Source: Bacillota bacterium (lineage in GTDB: Bacteria > Bacillota > SHA-98 > UBA4971). Taken from it: a stretch of DNA of 64,000 nucleotides. Numbering within the stretch: position 1 is the first letter of the stretch; each line of letters begins with the position of its first letter. The stretch covers positions 83,692 through 147,691 of the forward strand of contig JACIXY010000003.1 in NCBI GenBank assembly GCA_014360195.1. The letters are read 5' to 3'. The position numbers were made by a program, and so were the translations under genes. The notes beneath the pieces are model-generated. The model saw only the letters and a program-made list of their open reading frames with translations, ran no database searches and was not told where the DNA came from. Of this stretch, positions 52,581 through 62,920 are shown one piece after another.

Positions 52581-53795
52581 TTAGCCAAATACGCTCCTCT
52601 CGGAACGAGTTCGACCTTGTTGCTGTTTTTCGTGCGGAGCCAGCCCCAGGCGAGCCATCAGATGGGCCAGGGTTGATTCCGCCCCCATGTTCGGGTTGGG
52701 CCCGGTAGGTGTCAGGCCATCATAACAGCCACCCATTATCGGATCGGCGAGGGCAACCCTCCCCAGGTTACGGCCGTAAAACCACTCCAGGGCGAACCCG
52801 GCGTGACGTAACCAGGTCTGCTCTCCTGTGGCACCGTAGGCGGCAAGGCACGCATCCACGAGCGCCGCTGCATCGAGAGGCTGCTGATCGTAATGCTCGG
52901 GGATCAGTTCGCCCGGGCGCCTCGCCTTTTCTCGCCTGATGAACCCGTGATTGCCGGGCAGGATCAGACAGTCATGTTCGGGCGACCACATTTCTTCCCA
53001 TATGAAGGTCAGTCCTTCGATCCCCGTTTTCATCCAGCTCGTGCTCTCGGCACCTTTGATGAGCGCGGAAGCCCGGATGAGGGCCTCAACGAGGCGGGCA
53101 TCATCGTACGTAAAACGCGGGGTGATCCACTTCTTTTCGTACCGGTCAGCACCGCTTAAGCGGTCTGCGAGCCGGGGCGCAAGCCGTAGGGTGAGACGCC
53201 GCCACTCGTCACCGGCCGGAACGTTCTCGGGTCCTCGTCGGAAGTTACCGACGACGGATGGATCAATGTCGGCCGTCGGCACCAGGCCGCAAGCTGCCGC
53301 TGCGCCCAGCAGTGTGTAGGCTACGGCCCGCGGCGACTCAAGCCTTTCCAGGTGAGGCCACAGACCTGCGCGCAGGTACTCCACGGCCGGATAGATGCCA
53401 GGGCGCCAGGGAAAGCGCGAGGCGTAACCCAGTGCCCAGGCGGCACGCCCGTGGGCATCCTCCGACCCGACCTCATCCTCGAACACGCGGTCATAGCGGA
53501 CGGCGTTGTGGATGCGTCCATCGGTCCGGCGGCAGTAAAGCAGAAACTGCAGGTAGCGGTCGGCCAAGCCATCCGCGTCTCTTTGCCCGGTGACCAGGCG
53601 GTAGAGACAGCAGGCGATGATCCCGCGCGCATTGTCGTCAGCGGTGTAGCCTTCGGCGGGATTGGGGATGCTGCCGCAGGCGTGTTCGAGGAGCCCGGTG
53701 TCATCTGTGAGGCGCGAGAGGTGTCTCAGGATTTTGGGACTGATGGGAGCAGTCTCCAGAATGTAATCTAACCCTGTGCCAATCCCTATCCTCAT
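52581..53795 (-). CDS. Six-hairpin glycosidase-like protein of the type usually fused to GT4
   Basis: HLSRLTDDTGLLEH, GYTADDNAR, YDQQP, DGL..GPNPNMGAESTLA. Confidence 0.7.
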   Translation of the reverse strand: MRIGIGTGLDYILETAPISPKILRHLSRLTDDTGLLEHACGSIPNPAEGYTADDNARGIIACCLYRLVTGQRDADGLADRYLQFLLYCRRTDGRIHNAVRYDRVFEDEVGSEDAHGRAAWALGYASRFPWRPGIYPAVEYLRAGLWPHLERLESPRAVAYTLLGAAAACGLVPTADIDPSVVGNFRRGPENVPAGDEWRRLTLRLAPRLADRLSGADRYEKKWITPRFTYDDARLVEALIRASALIKGAESTSWMKTGIEGLTFIWEEMWSPEHDCLILPGNHGFIRREKARRPGELIPEHYDQQPLDAAALVDACLAAYGATGEQTWLRHAGFALEWFYGRNLGRVALADPIMGGCYDGLTPTGPNPNMGAESTLAHLMARLGLAPHEKQQQGRTRSERSVFG

Positions 53796-54003
53796 GAGCT
53801 CATCCTCGCCTCCTTGGACTATCTACAGAGTCATCCCGCCAAAAAAGAGTACAAGCGCGGCGATCAGGCATGATCTGAGAGCGTCAGAAAGCCTTTCAAG
53901 CCTTTCCAGGTAGGTCTTCGGGATGAGGACGCTACCGAACCCAAGCCACCCGTCGTCCGGCCCGCGCCGGGCGGCGGGTTCGGGATACCCTACGGCGCGA
54001 CGC

Positions 54004-55197
54004 TCACGCGCCCGCCTCCAGGGTAGCGAGCTTCCGGGTGGCAAGTGCGACCTGCTCCTGATGCTCACTTAGGACCGAGCGGTAAAGCCGCATGTGATGT
54101 CGGCCGATCTCCGGCCAGCGGAGGCTGCGCCCGAAGGCAAGTGCCCTCTGCTCGTATGTATACCGCCGCAGGGGGTTTCTAATCAGCCCAGCGATCGCGC
54201 CAGCCAGCCGCCCGCTCAACTCACTGAGATGCTCGAACTCTACGATCACGCCCCGCCCGCCACCGAGCAGGTCCTGGGCATACAGGTACGGGGTGGACAC
54301 GATCGCCCGGCCCGCGGCGACGGCATAGGTAAGCGTGCCGCTCGTTATCTGATCGCGCCCGGGATAAGGAGTCACGTAGATATCCGTGGCCGCCAGCCAC
54401 TGGATCAGCTCCTGCAGGTCAAGGTAGCGGTCGACGAAGTGAACGTTTGCTCCGATGGCAAGGTCCCCGACCAGTTTCAGGAGCGTGTCCCTGTAGGTAT
54501 CGGGTCCTCTGCGCAACAGCTTCGGGTGAGTACGCCCGAGGATGTAGTAATGCGCTTCAGGGTGATGTTTGATAACCTCTGCCATGGCCTCTATCGCGTA
54601 TTCGAGACCTTTTCCTGGCCCGATGAGCCCGAAGGTGCTGATGACGACCTGCTCAGAAGGAATCTCCAGCATCTGGCGGGCCTTCTTCCGGTCCACCGGG
54701 GCGGGCGCGCCGTGACGGATAAGCGCTACCTTCTCCCGTGGTATCCCGTACACCTCCTCCAGGATGTCTTCGGCGCAGGTACTCATCACTATGACTTTTC
54801 GCACACGCCTGCCGATCTCACTAAGGACACGGCGCTGACCTCTGGTAGGGCGCGGCAGAACGGTATGAAACGTGGCCACACACGGCTTGCGCAGCCGTTC
54901 CAGGAAATGCAGGACCCAACACCCGTCTTCACCTCCGAATATCCCGTATTCGTGCTGGAGGTGAACCAGGTCAATGTCCTGGTGATTAACCCAGTCGGCC
55001 GCCTGCCGGTAGGAGTCCACCTCATTCTCGCGCAGCCGGTAGAACACCTCTGGCCCGAACTGTCCCCCGCCATCATCGAGGGCGATGACACCGGCACGTC
55101 GGCAGGACGACCGCACGGAGGTCAGAACGTCCTGGGTGTAAGTCGCCATGCCGCACTGCCGGGGCGGATAAGTGCTGACGAAAGCGATGGAATTCAT
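54004..55197 (-). CDS. GT4 glycosyltransferase
   Basis: STYPPRQCGMATYT, QHEYGIFGG, TFGLIGPGKG.E, QITSGTL. Confidence 0.9.
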   Translation of the reverse strand: MNSIAFVSTYPPRQCGMATYTQDVLTSVRSSCRRAGVIALDDGGGQFGPEVFYRLRENEVDSYRQAADWVNHQDIDLVHLQHEYGIFGGEDGCWVLHFLERLRKPCVATFHTVLPRPTRGQRRVLSEIGRRVRKVIVMSTCAEDILEEVYGIPREKVALIRHGAPAPVDRKKARQMLEIPSEQVVISTFGLIGPGKGLEYAIEAMAEVIKHHPEAHYYILGRTHPKLLRRGPDTYRDTLLKLVGDLAIGANVHFVDRYLDLQELIQWLAATDIYVTPYPGRDQITSGTLTYAVAAGRAIVSTPYLYAQDLLGGGRGVIVEFEHLSELSGRLAGAIAGLIRNPLRRYTYEQRALAFGRSLRWPEIGRHHMRLYRSVLSEHQEQVALATRKLATLEAGA

Positions 55198-55311
55198 GCA
55201 CATCACCTCCGTAGTCGGAATCCGCAAATGAGACTTATGGAGACCTCAGGCACGTGGCGCCCTTTATACCGCTTTATATGCCGCCTTATGGTGGGCGACT
55301 TTCATAGCCTT

Positions 55312-56760
55312 TCATGCCAGGGCCTTCGCCGGGGCGGTATACGCGAGCATCTGCTGCAGCAGTTTCTCACCTTCGTTCAGCAGTTGTTTGACCTCGCCGG
55401 GCGAGGAGGCCTCTGCGTAAATGCGAACGACCGGCTCCGTCCCCGAAGCCCGCAGCATCAACCAGCTATCATCCTCAAGGAGGAACTTAACACCGTCCCG
55501 TCGATTCACCTCGCGGACACGGCGCCCGCAGACTGTTTCTGGCAACTGCCTGCTGAGCTCGCCCACGGCTTGTCCGCCCACAGGGCCGTCGAAGCGCAGG
55601 TCCGTACGGCCGTAGTGGTGCTCTCCGACCGACCGGAACAAATCATCACGCAGTTCCAGGATACCTTTGCCGGTTGTTGCCATCATCTCCAGAAGCAGGA
55701 GTCCCGAGAAGATGCCGTCGCGCTCGGGCAGATGTCCGCGTACGCCGATACCGCCGCTTTCCTCGCCGCCGATGAGGATGTCCCGCTCGAGCATCAAGGC
55801 CGCTATATGCTTGAAACCTATCGGAACCTCGTGCAGCCGCAGCTTATAGTGCCGGCAGAGGCGGTCGATCATCTGAGTCGTGGAAACGGTGCGGACCACT
55901 TCTCCTCTCTCTCCTCGATTCTCAACGAGGTGCCGGAGGAGCAGAGAGAAGATCTGATGCGGGTTTATAAAGTCCCCTCCTGGTCCCACGGCACCGATCC
56001 GGTCGCCATCCCCATCGAGCGCGATGCCGATATGGGCGATTCCCGTTCCCAATCGCTCTCGCAGGGCCCCGAGATTGGCCTCGATGGGTTCTGGGCTCAC
56101 GCCGCCGAAGTCGGGGTTGACCTCTGCGCGTACAGGAACCACATCCACCCCAGCCCGCTCTAATATGCTTACAAGATATTCGGCGGACGAACCGTGCATA
56201 GCGTCGGCGAAGACCCTCAGCTTCGCTCTGCGGATGGCGTCCGAGTCTACAAGGCTCAACAGGTGATCGCCATACGGCTGCCTGGGATTGAACCAGTGTA
56301 ACAACCCGTCGCGTTCGGCCTCGGCCACTGAGCGCCGGCGAACCTGGGTGCTGGACCGGTTTACCCATCGCTCAATGGCAGCGGTCAGCTCAGGGGGCGC
56401 GGAACAACCGGCCTCACTCTTGATCTTGATCCCGTTGAACTGCGGCGGGTTGTGGCTCGCAGTGACCATCACCCCCATAGGAGCCCGCCTGTGCCGGACC
56501 CAAAATGCGAGCGCCGGGGTGGGCAACGGGGCATCTGAGAGTTCAACCTCGATCTCATGAGAGGTGAGAACTTCAGCAATCCTCTCAGCGAAGGCACTTG
56601 ACAAGAAACGCCGATCATATCCAACCACAACTGGCCCCCTTACAGGCGCCTCTTCGGTCAGATAGCGGCCGAGCCCTGCGGCGACCTGTTCCACATTCTC
56701 GAATGTAAAGTCATCCGCGATGACGCCTCGCCAGCCATCGGTTCCGAAGCGGATATACAT
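55312..56760 (-). CDS. manB: Phosphomannomutase/phosphoglucomutase
   Basis: FGTDGWRG, TASHNP, DGDGDR, GEESGG, RASGTEP. Confidence 0.92.
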   Translation of the reverse strand: MYIRFGTDGWRGVIADDFTFENVEQVAAGLGRYLTEEAPVRGPVVVGYDRRFLSSAFAERIAEVLTSHEIEVELSDAPLPTPALAFWVRHRRAPMGVMVTASHNPPQFNGIKIKSEAGCSAPPELTAAIERWVNRSSTQVRRRSVAEAERDGLLHWFNPRQPYGDHLLSLVDSDAIRRAKLRVFADAMHGSSAEYLVSILERAGVDVVPVRAEVNPDFGGVSPEPIEANLGALRERLGTGIAHIGIALDGDGDRIGAVGPGGDFINPHQIFSLLLRHLVENRGERGEVVRTVSTTQMIDRLCRHYKLRLHEVPIGFKHIAALMLERDILIGGEESGGIGVRGHLPERDGIFSGLLLLEMMATTGKGILELRDDLFRSVGEHHYGRTDLRFDGPVGGQAVGELSRQLPETVCGRRVREVNRRDGVKFLLEDDSWLMLRASGTEPVVRIYAEASSPGEVKQLLNEGEKLLQQMLAYTAPAKALA

Positions 56761-56915
56761 GCGGTTCCCTCCTTCGCTGTGTCCATTCTGATTTAGACGA
56801 AGCAGCTTGAGATAGCCAGGTGTTGACGGCTATCAGCCATCAACCAGGGTGAGTGCCAGTCATGGCGATCAAAAATGGGGCGATGAAGCACGAAGCGAGT
56901 TCAGCTACGCGCCAG

Positions 56916-58064
56916 CTACGCACCTCTCGCGCCTGCAGTCGCAGTAACCTCATAGACCTGCCCGCTGCGGTCATGGAGGAGATGACGGTACCGCTCATCG
57001 TCACGCAAGCGTGCTACCACCTCCCGGACTCGCTGCACCGAATCTTTGTGACACACGAGTAACGCATCGCCCGTATCGACAATGACCAAATCACGGAGAC
57101 CTACCGTCGCTACAAGGCGGCCCGTGTCGCTGTAGACTATACAGTTGCTGGTATCTACTCCAACGTATTCGCTCTGAATAACGTTGCCCGCCCTATCTGC
57201 TGGAAGCAAGCGTCCCAGAGCCGACCAGCTGCCAACATCATCCCATCCGAAGGAAGCGGGCACGCATATTATCCGTTCCTCCTTTTCCATGATCCCGTAG
57301 TCAACGGATATCGATGGTATCCTGAAATACTCCTGTCTGAGAACGCGCCAGTAGTGCGGTGTGCCTACCGCTTCGCGGATACGGCTCATCGCTTCAGCCA
57401 CCTCGGGAAGGTGCTTTTCGAAGGCGCGTTCGATTGTCTTCAGGCGCCAGATGAACATGCCGCTGTTCCACAGGTAATCTCCTGAACGCAGATAGGCCTC
57501 GGCGCGCCGGCGGTCGGGCTTTTCCACAAATCGATGCACCCGGTAGAATCGCAAACCATCGAGCTCTCGAAGATCTACAATGTGGATATAGCCATAACCG
57601 GTCTCAGGCCGGGTCGGCCGGACCCCTATAGTCACAAGGCAGTCCCGGTAATCGGGCTCCCGCACCAACCGGGAGGCGCGTTCCAGGGTGCGCCGGAACT
57701 CTTCGTCGTCGAGGACTGCATGGTCTGCCGGTAGAACCGCCATTACAAGATCATCGTCGGCGCCGGCGGCGCGGAGATGGGCCACGGCCAGAGCAATACA
57801 AGGGGCCGTGTTCTTTCCTTCCGGTTCGGTCATGATGTGGTTTTGGGGTACGCGCGGGACCTGTTTTCGGACCTCATCATGCAGGTGTGAAGCGGTAACT
57901 ATGTAGATCCCGCCCGCTCCGCAAAGAGGCAAAAGGCGGTCGACAGTCTGCTGGACCAGGGACTTCTTCCCACCAATGGACAGCAACTGCTTGGGTCGTT
58001 CCCTGCGACTCACCGGCCAAAAGCGTTCGCCACCTCCTCCGGCCATGATCACAGCTGTCAGCAT
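56916..58064 (-). CDS. manC: Mannose-1-phosphate guanylyltransferase
   Basis: MAGGGGERFWP.SR..PKQ, ETGYGYI, FVEKP, WNSGMF, WDDVGSW. Confidence 0.94.
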   Translation of the reverse strand: MLTAVIMAGGGGERFWPVSRRERPKQLLSIGGKKSLVQQTVDRLLPLCGAGGIYIVTASHLHDEVRKQVPRVPQNHIMTEPEGKNTAPCIALAVAHLRAAGADDDLVMAVLPADHAVLDDEEFRRTLERASRLVREPDYRDCLVTIGVRPTRPETGYGYIHIVDLRELDGLRFYRVHRFVEKPDRRRAEAYLRSGDYLWNSGMFIWRLKTIERAFEKHLPEVAEAMSRIREAVGTPHYWRVLRQEYFRIPSISVDYGIMEKEERIICVPASFGWDDVGSWSALGRLLPADRAGNVIQSEYVGVDTSNCIVYSDTGRLVATVGLRDLVIVDTGDALLVCHKDSVQRVREVVARLRDDERYRHLLHDRSGQVYEVTATAGARGA

Positions 58065-58664
58065 ACGATCCCCTCCTCGTCGCAAAATCACACTTCCCAA
58101 GAGCTTTTCAAATTTTCTCCCTTGCTTCATACCTCTTGAGTTAGACTGAAAAGCCAAACCGAAGAGCACGCCTGTCTTTTGATTGTTCCTGGCAATCCTT
58201 GGATAATGATCCGTATCGGATTTAGATGGTTTGCAGGGAGAGAAGCGCAAGAGAAGCGCAAGATTGGACTAGAGGAGATGGCCCCTCTGCCACAAACTAC
58301 TCACTTAATATTTATACCTGGTCTGAGCGCGGATTTCAAGGAAGATCAGGGCCCGTGCAGGCAGCAAAACCAGCAGCAGGACAGAGTTCCTGCCACGACG
58401 GCGGTTATCTCACGGCCTTTCATCCGCATGCTTCATCTTGGACGGCCCCAACAGGCTCAGCACAAGGGATACGCACCGACACTTGTTGAGACAGAGTCCG
58501 CGGCCAAACGTTCGTCTATGAGAGGTCTTGAGTCCCTCTAGGTGTCAATGTCGCCGGCCGCATAGCACACCAGGCCCCGGAACATATCATCCCGGAACTG
58601 TCCCTGCCAGAGAAAGTATGCGCCAACTCATGCTCCACCGTAGCCTCACGTCGGTGCCGGCAGG

Positions 58665-59444
58665 TCAACTCGCCCGCATTTCGAGGCGCAGCTTATCTGC
58701 GACCCGGGCGATGAAGGCGGAGTTGGTGGGCTTTCCTTTTTCGCTGCTCACCGTATGTCCGAAAACGCTGTTCAGAAACTCGATGTTCCCTCGTGTCCAT
58801 GCGATTTCGATGGCGTGGCGAATGGCACGCTCGACCCGGGGCGCCGTGGTATCGAACTTCTGTGCTACCCTCGGGTACAGCTCTTTCGTGACCCCGTTCA
58901 GAAGGCCAACCTCATTGACCACCATGATGATGGCCTCCCTGAGGTACATGTAGCCTCTGATGTTCGCTGGGATCCCCATCTCGTGGATGATCCGGGTCAC
59001 TTCGGTATTCAGGTCACGCGGGACCTCAGCTGGACCCGCCTTCCTCTTCCTCACAACTCCGCCGCTCTGAGCCACCTGCCGGATCCTCTGGGCCAGCGTC
59101 TCCATGTCGAACGGCTTAAGTATGTAGTAGTCGGCGCCAAGCTCGATGATGCTCTGAGTCATGTGCTCTTGCCCAATGGCGGTAAGCATTACGAACCTCG
59201 GCCGCCTGGAGATATCTTGCTTTGCAAGGCGCTCGAGCACCCCGATACCGTCGAGGTACGGCATGATGATATCAAGGATCACCACGTCGGGGCTGGTGGT
59301 AGATATGCCTTCGAGAGCTTCCAGGCCGTCATAGGCAACCCCGACTACTTCCATGTCAGGCTGGGCGTCGATGAATTCCTTCAGGACCTCGCACAGTTCG
59401 TGGTTGTCGTCGACTATAAGAACGCGTGTCCGACCAGAAGCCAT
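58665..59444 (-). CDS. spo0A: Sporulation master regulator Spo0A
   Basis: Receiver domain plus [12 protein letters not shown]...[11 protein letters not shown]...KPTNSAFIA. Confidence 0.98.
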   Translation of the reverse strand: MASGRTRVLIVDDNHELCEVLKEFIDAQPDMEVVGVAYDGLEALEGISTTSPDVVILDIIMPYLDGIGVLERLAKQDISRRPRFVMLTAIGQEHMTQSIIELGADYYILKPFDMETLAQRIRQVAQSGGVVRKRKAGPAEVPRDLNTEVTRIIHEMGIPANIRGYMYLREAIIMVVNEVGLLNGVTKELYPRVAQKFDTTAPRVERAIRHAIEIAWTRGNIEFLNSVFGHTVSSEKGKPTNSAFIARVADKLRLEMRAS

Positions 59445-59508
59445 AGCACCACCTCATCCGCGCGCTGACAAATGATAGCATTGTAACCTCACCCGCTGAC
59501 GTTTTAGG

Positions 59509-59533
59509 ATTCTACGCCTCCGGATGAAGTCCT
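59509..59533 (-). promoter_or_regulatory. sigmaH-like promoter of spo0A
   Basis: AGGA-N17-GAAT on the minus strand; spo0A Ps is sigmaH-dependent in B. subtilis. Confidence 0.6.
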
Positions 59534-59564
59534 GCCCCCCTCATGCGGAAAATCCCACCCGCTC

Positions 59565-61208
59565 CTATGCAGCACGGGGGGCAGGAATGCGCTCCGGAGC
59601 AGGTACGCGCTGTGACGAGGGCCCAGGCCCGGCTACCGCCGCCTCCGACCTTGACTCCTGCATAAAGAGGCCCGCTTCCCTCGCAAGCCACTCCGCCAGT
59701 ACACCGTAGCCCCGGGTCTGGTCCGATACGAACACGTGCGTCAGCACGCCCACGAGCTTGTTGTCCTTGACGATGGGGCTACCAGACATGCCCTGGACGA
59801 TCCCACCTGTTAGCGAGAGAAGCCTGGGATCCACGACCCGTATCACCAGGCCTTTGATTTGCGGGGTCGCCTGCCTCGCCACGCGCTGAATCTCCACGCG
59901 GAACCTCTCGACCCGGCTATCCTCAACCACCGTGTAGAGGTCGGCGTAGCCCGGAGTCACCTCCTCAGCCATGGCGATGGGGATGGCCTCGCTGAAGTAA
60001 GGGTTCCTCGGGACCTTCGAAAGCGTGCCGAATATGCCGAATTTCGTGTTTCGTTCTATGGTGCCGATGACGTCCTGCTCGCCGCTGAAACTCCCCACCT
60101 TCTCGCCGGGCTGGCCGCGGCTGCCGTGGTGGATGCCGAGGATGTGCGCCTGCACGATCCTGCCTCTTGCGACATCCACCTCTCTATTGGTGGCGGCGTC
60201 AGTTATCACGTGCCCGAGCGCGCAATATACCCGGGACTCTGGCTCATAGAACGACAGCGTCCCCACGCCGGCCGCGTTCTCGCGAACCCAGATGCCAATC
60301 TTATACTGTACCTGCCCTCCCTGGCGCGAGAGGCCGAAGGTGTCTTCCGCCTGTACTTCCACGGGCCTTACGCGGACGGTGAACGCCCTCGAGTCGCGCA
60401 GAATCTTGATTTCGACGGGCTTTCCGCTTCTTCCGGCAAGATCGATAGCCCGCTCCACCTCAGACTTGTTGTCGACGCCCTGGCCGTTGATGCTAACGAT
60501 GACGTCGCCTACCTCAATCCCGGCTTCCCGAGCGGGATAGCGGCGCCTGCCGTCGGTCCCGACCACCGGGTAATGCCCCACGACCACGACGCCCCTCGCC
60601 GACAGCAGCACTCCGATGGCGTGCCCACCCGGGATGACCTTCACCTCCGGGACCACGCTCACCAGGAGGCGCTTCACCGGGATCATATCAAGAAGCCGCA
60701 CCTCAAGGCTTGTGTCACCCTGAGCGAGCGGCACAAGCCTCACTCCCGCCCCGCGCCTGCCCGAGACGCCCGCGGCGCCCGAGGACACCGTGTCCATGCG
60801 CACAAGCTCCGCCCCTGTCAGCCGGAACCTCACGTCCAGCGGCACCCGGACCCAGAGATCCTTCGTGGAGCCTTCGAGGATGGTGATCCTGTCGGGCAGA
60901 CTCCCGAAGGTGAGGCAGTACGCGATGGCACACGCCAGAACCGCCAGCAAGATGACGGAACGAACCTTCAACCCCGATGGCCTGCCTCGCCGTCCCCCCG
61001 GCCCTCTGCGGGCGTGGCTACCGCCACTGGTTCCGGTACTGCGAGCGTCGGGCGCGCCGTTGCCTTCGACGCTACTGCCTATACTGATCGCGGCGTTGTT
61101 GTCGCAGCTTGCGTGCCTGTCCTTATCTCGTGCGCTGGCGCCCGGAAAGTCCAACTCGTGGCTACCCCCGGCATGACACATGTCGCAGGCGCCCAAAGTC
61201 GCAATCAA
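59565..61208 (-). CDS. spoIVB: SpoIVB peptidase (true start probably downstream, near 60970)
   Basis: PDZ domain, GTLSFY, ALGH, PGEK, GIVQGMSGSP; upstream of spo0A. Confidence 0.95.
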   Translation of the reverse strand: MIATLGACDMCHAGGSHELDFPGASARDKDRHASCDNNAAISIGSSVEGNGAPDARSTGTSGGSHARRGPGGRRGRPSGLKVRSVILLAVLACAIAYCLTFGSLPDRITILEGSTKDLWVRVPLDVRFRLTGAELVRMDTVSSGAAGVSGRRGAGVRLVPLAQGDTSLEVRLLDMIPVKRLLVSVVPEVKVIPGGHAIGVLLSARGVVVVGHYPVVGTDGRRRYPAREAGIEVGDVIVSINGQGVDNKSEVERAIDLAGRSGKPVEIKILRDSRAFTVRVRPVEVQAEDTFGLSRQGGQVQYKIGIWVRENAAGVGTLSFYEPESRVYCALGHVITDAATNREVDVARGRIVQAHILGIHHGSRGQPGEKVGSFSGEQDVIGTIERNTKFGIFGTLSKVPRNPYFSEAIPIAMAEEVTPGYADLYTVVEDSRVERFRVEIQRVARQATPQIKGLVIRVVDPRLLSLTGGIVQGMSGSPIVKDNKLVGVLTHVFVSDQTRGYGVLAEWLAREAGLFMQESRSEAAVAGPGPSSQRVPAPERIPAPRAA

Positions 61209-61404
61209 GGAGGCACGTTTCGCGCGCCTCCTTGACCTGCGATTACGCCTGCAAGATTACCCTGCCCGGGAGCCTGTTTTTTATGCCCTTAAAACTTTGC
61301 ATGTCATGTTTGCGCCTGTCAGGTGGAGAGTAGCGATCACCTCTCAGGCAGCGATGTCCATGAGAAGCAATGGCATCGTGACCGTCGGTCTCGGTGACCA
61401 GCGG

Positions 61405-62796
61405 TTACACATTGGCATGTCGCACGAGGCGGGCGATGAAGAAGCCATCCATCGCATGGATGTGAGGAAACGTTTCAACGTAGGGCAGGCCCTGCTCAGG
61501 GAAAGCCTGCGAAAACTCGCGGGGCAGATAGGGCTTTACGGAGTCGAGGGAGAAATCGGGGTGTTCTTCGAGGAACCTCTCAACGATCTGGGCGTTTTCC
61601 TCAGGTTCAATGCTGCACGTGCTGTAGACGATGACACCTCCGGATTTCACTTGCGCTCCGGCAACAGCGAGGAGGTTGGCCTGGGTCCTGGTAAGGTCTG
61701 CGATATCCTGGGGCTTTCTGCGCCACCTGAGGTCAGGCCGGCGCCTCAGCACACCCGTGCCGGTGCATGGCGGGTCCACGAGGGCTCTATCGAAGGGGCG
61801 GGATATGATGTCACCGGCTCCGGAAAGGAGACGCGTAGCGTCTCGAACGACGGTCGTGATGGAGTGAATGCCAAGCCTTTTCGCGTTTTGCTCAAGCAGC
61901 TTTATCCTGTGCTCATGCACATCGACGGCCACGATCTCGCCCCGGTCACCCATTCGTTCGGCCATGTGCGTAGTCTTGCCCCCCGGCGCGGCGGCAAGAT
62001 CGAGCAGCCGCTCACCCGGGACAGGACCGAGCACGTAAGATACGAGCATGGAGCTTGGGTCCTGCACGAAAAACTCCCCGTCGTGGTAAGAGCGGTGGTC
62101 AAACAGGCCGCCGCCGTCGCGGACCTCGATGGCCTCGGGAACGTGCGGCGATGGGCGCGCCTCGACGCCTGCGGCGGAAAGCTCCTCGAGGAGCCTGTCG
62201 CGGGAGGTCTTGAGCGTGTTCACCCGGACTGTTACAGGTGGATTCTCGTTATTTGCCGCGCACAGGCGCGCTGTTTCATCAAAACCGAACCGCGCGAGCC
62301 ACCGCGAGACCATCCACTCCGGGTGTGAGTACTTCAGCGCGATGTGGTCCACGGGCCGCGTAGCCGCATCGGGGAAAACAGCCTTACCAGGCTCCCGAAC
62401 CAGCGCCCGCAGAACGGCGTTCACAAAGGCAGCGGCGCCCGCGTGCCCGAATGCGCGAGCGATTTCCACCGACTCGCTCACGGCGACGGGCACCGGGACC
62501 TGCGCAAGGCAGAGGACCTGGTATGCCCCGAGCCGCAGAGCATTGCGCACGACCGGGTCCATCCTTTCGATGGGGCGCGCGGCGAAGACCCCGATCACAT
62601 GGTCGAGCGCCTTGCGCATCTTCGTCACGCCATATACGAGCTCGGTCGCAAGAGCACGATCGCGCGCCGAGAGGCGCGCGAGCCTCAGAGCGCGATCTCT
62701 TGCGATTGCAGCGTACGCTCCTTTTTCGTCGATCTCAATCAGTGCCCGCAGGGCGGCCCCGCGAGCGTTCTCTGGCACGTTCACGGGGAAAACCAT
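61405..62796 (-). CDS. rsmB: 16S rRNA m5C967 methyltransferase
   Basis: NusB-like N-terminus, AAPGGKT, DPPCTGTG, YSTCS. Confidence 0.95.
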   Translation of the reverse strand: MVFPVNVPENARGAALRALIEIDEKGAYAAIARDRALRLARLSARDRALATELVYGVTKMRKALDHVIGVFAARPIERMDPVVRNALRLGAYQVLCLAQVPVPVAVSESVEIARAFGHAGAAAFVNAVLRALVREPGKAVFPDAATRPVDHIALKYSHPEWMVSRWLARFGFDETARLCAANNENPPVTVRVNTLKTSRDRLLEELSAAGVEARPSPHVPEAIEVRDGGGLFDHRSYHDGEFFVQDPSSMLVSYVLGPVPGERLLDLAAAPGGKTTHMAERMGDRGEIVAVDVHEHRIKLLEQNAKRLGIHSITTVVRDATRLLSGAGDIISRPFDRALVDPPCTGTGVLRRRPDLRWRRKPQDIADLTRTQANLLAVAGAQVKSGGVIVYSTCSIEPEENAQIVERFLEEHPDFSLDSVKPYLPREFSQAFPEQGLPYVETFPHIHAMDGFFIARLVRHANV

Positions 62797-62800
62797 CCTA

Positions 62801-62920
62801 AGTGAGGGTGCGTTAATCCTGTTGCGTCTTCCAGTAGTTGCTGGGTTGCCGGTGACTCAAAGAAAGAGTGCAACACCGGCAACCCCTCCCAAAAGTCGGG
62901 AGCATTTCCGCATCCTCACT
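62801..62920. mobile_element. 120-bp MITE between the yugP stop and the rsmB start, core inverted
   Basis: C-TA-AGTGAGGGTGCG...CGCATCCTCACT-TA-G. Confidence 0.87.

Noticed and set aside
53823-54068. Small ORF with a hydrophobic tail between GT4 and its partner
   Set aside because: No convincing RBS or start, and it overlaps the GT4 end.
54094-56163. 689-aa + strand ORF
   Set aside because: Antisense shadow of the GT4 and manB genes with no recognisable motifs; expected in high-GC DNA.
61324-61348. GGAGAG...CTCTCAGG glycine-riboswitch-like words
   Set aside because: The intervening aptamer helices are missing and the orientation is antisense to the flanking genes.
59859-62328. 458-aa and 382-aa + strand ORFs
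   Set aside because: Antisense to spoIVB and rsmB, no motifs.
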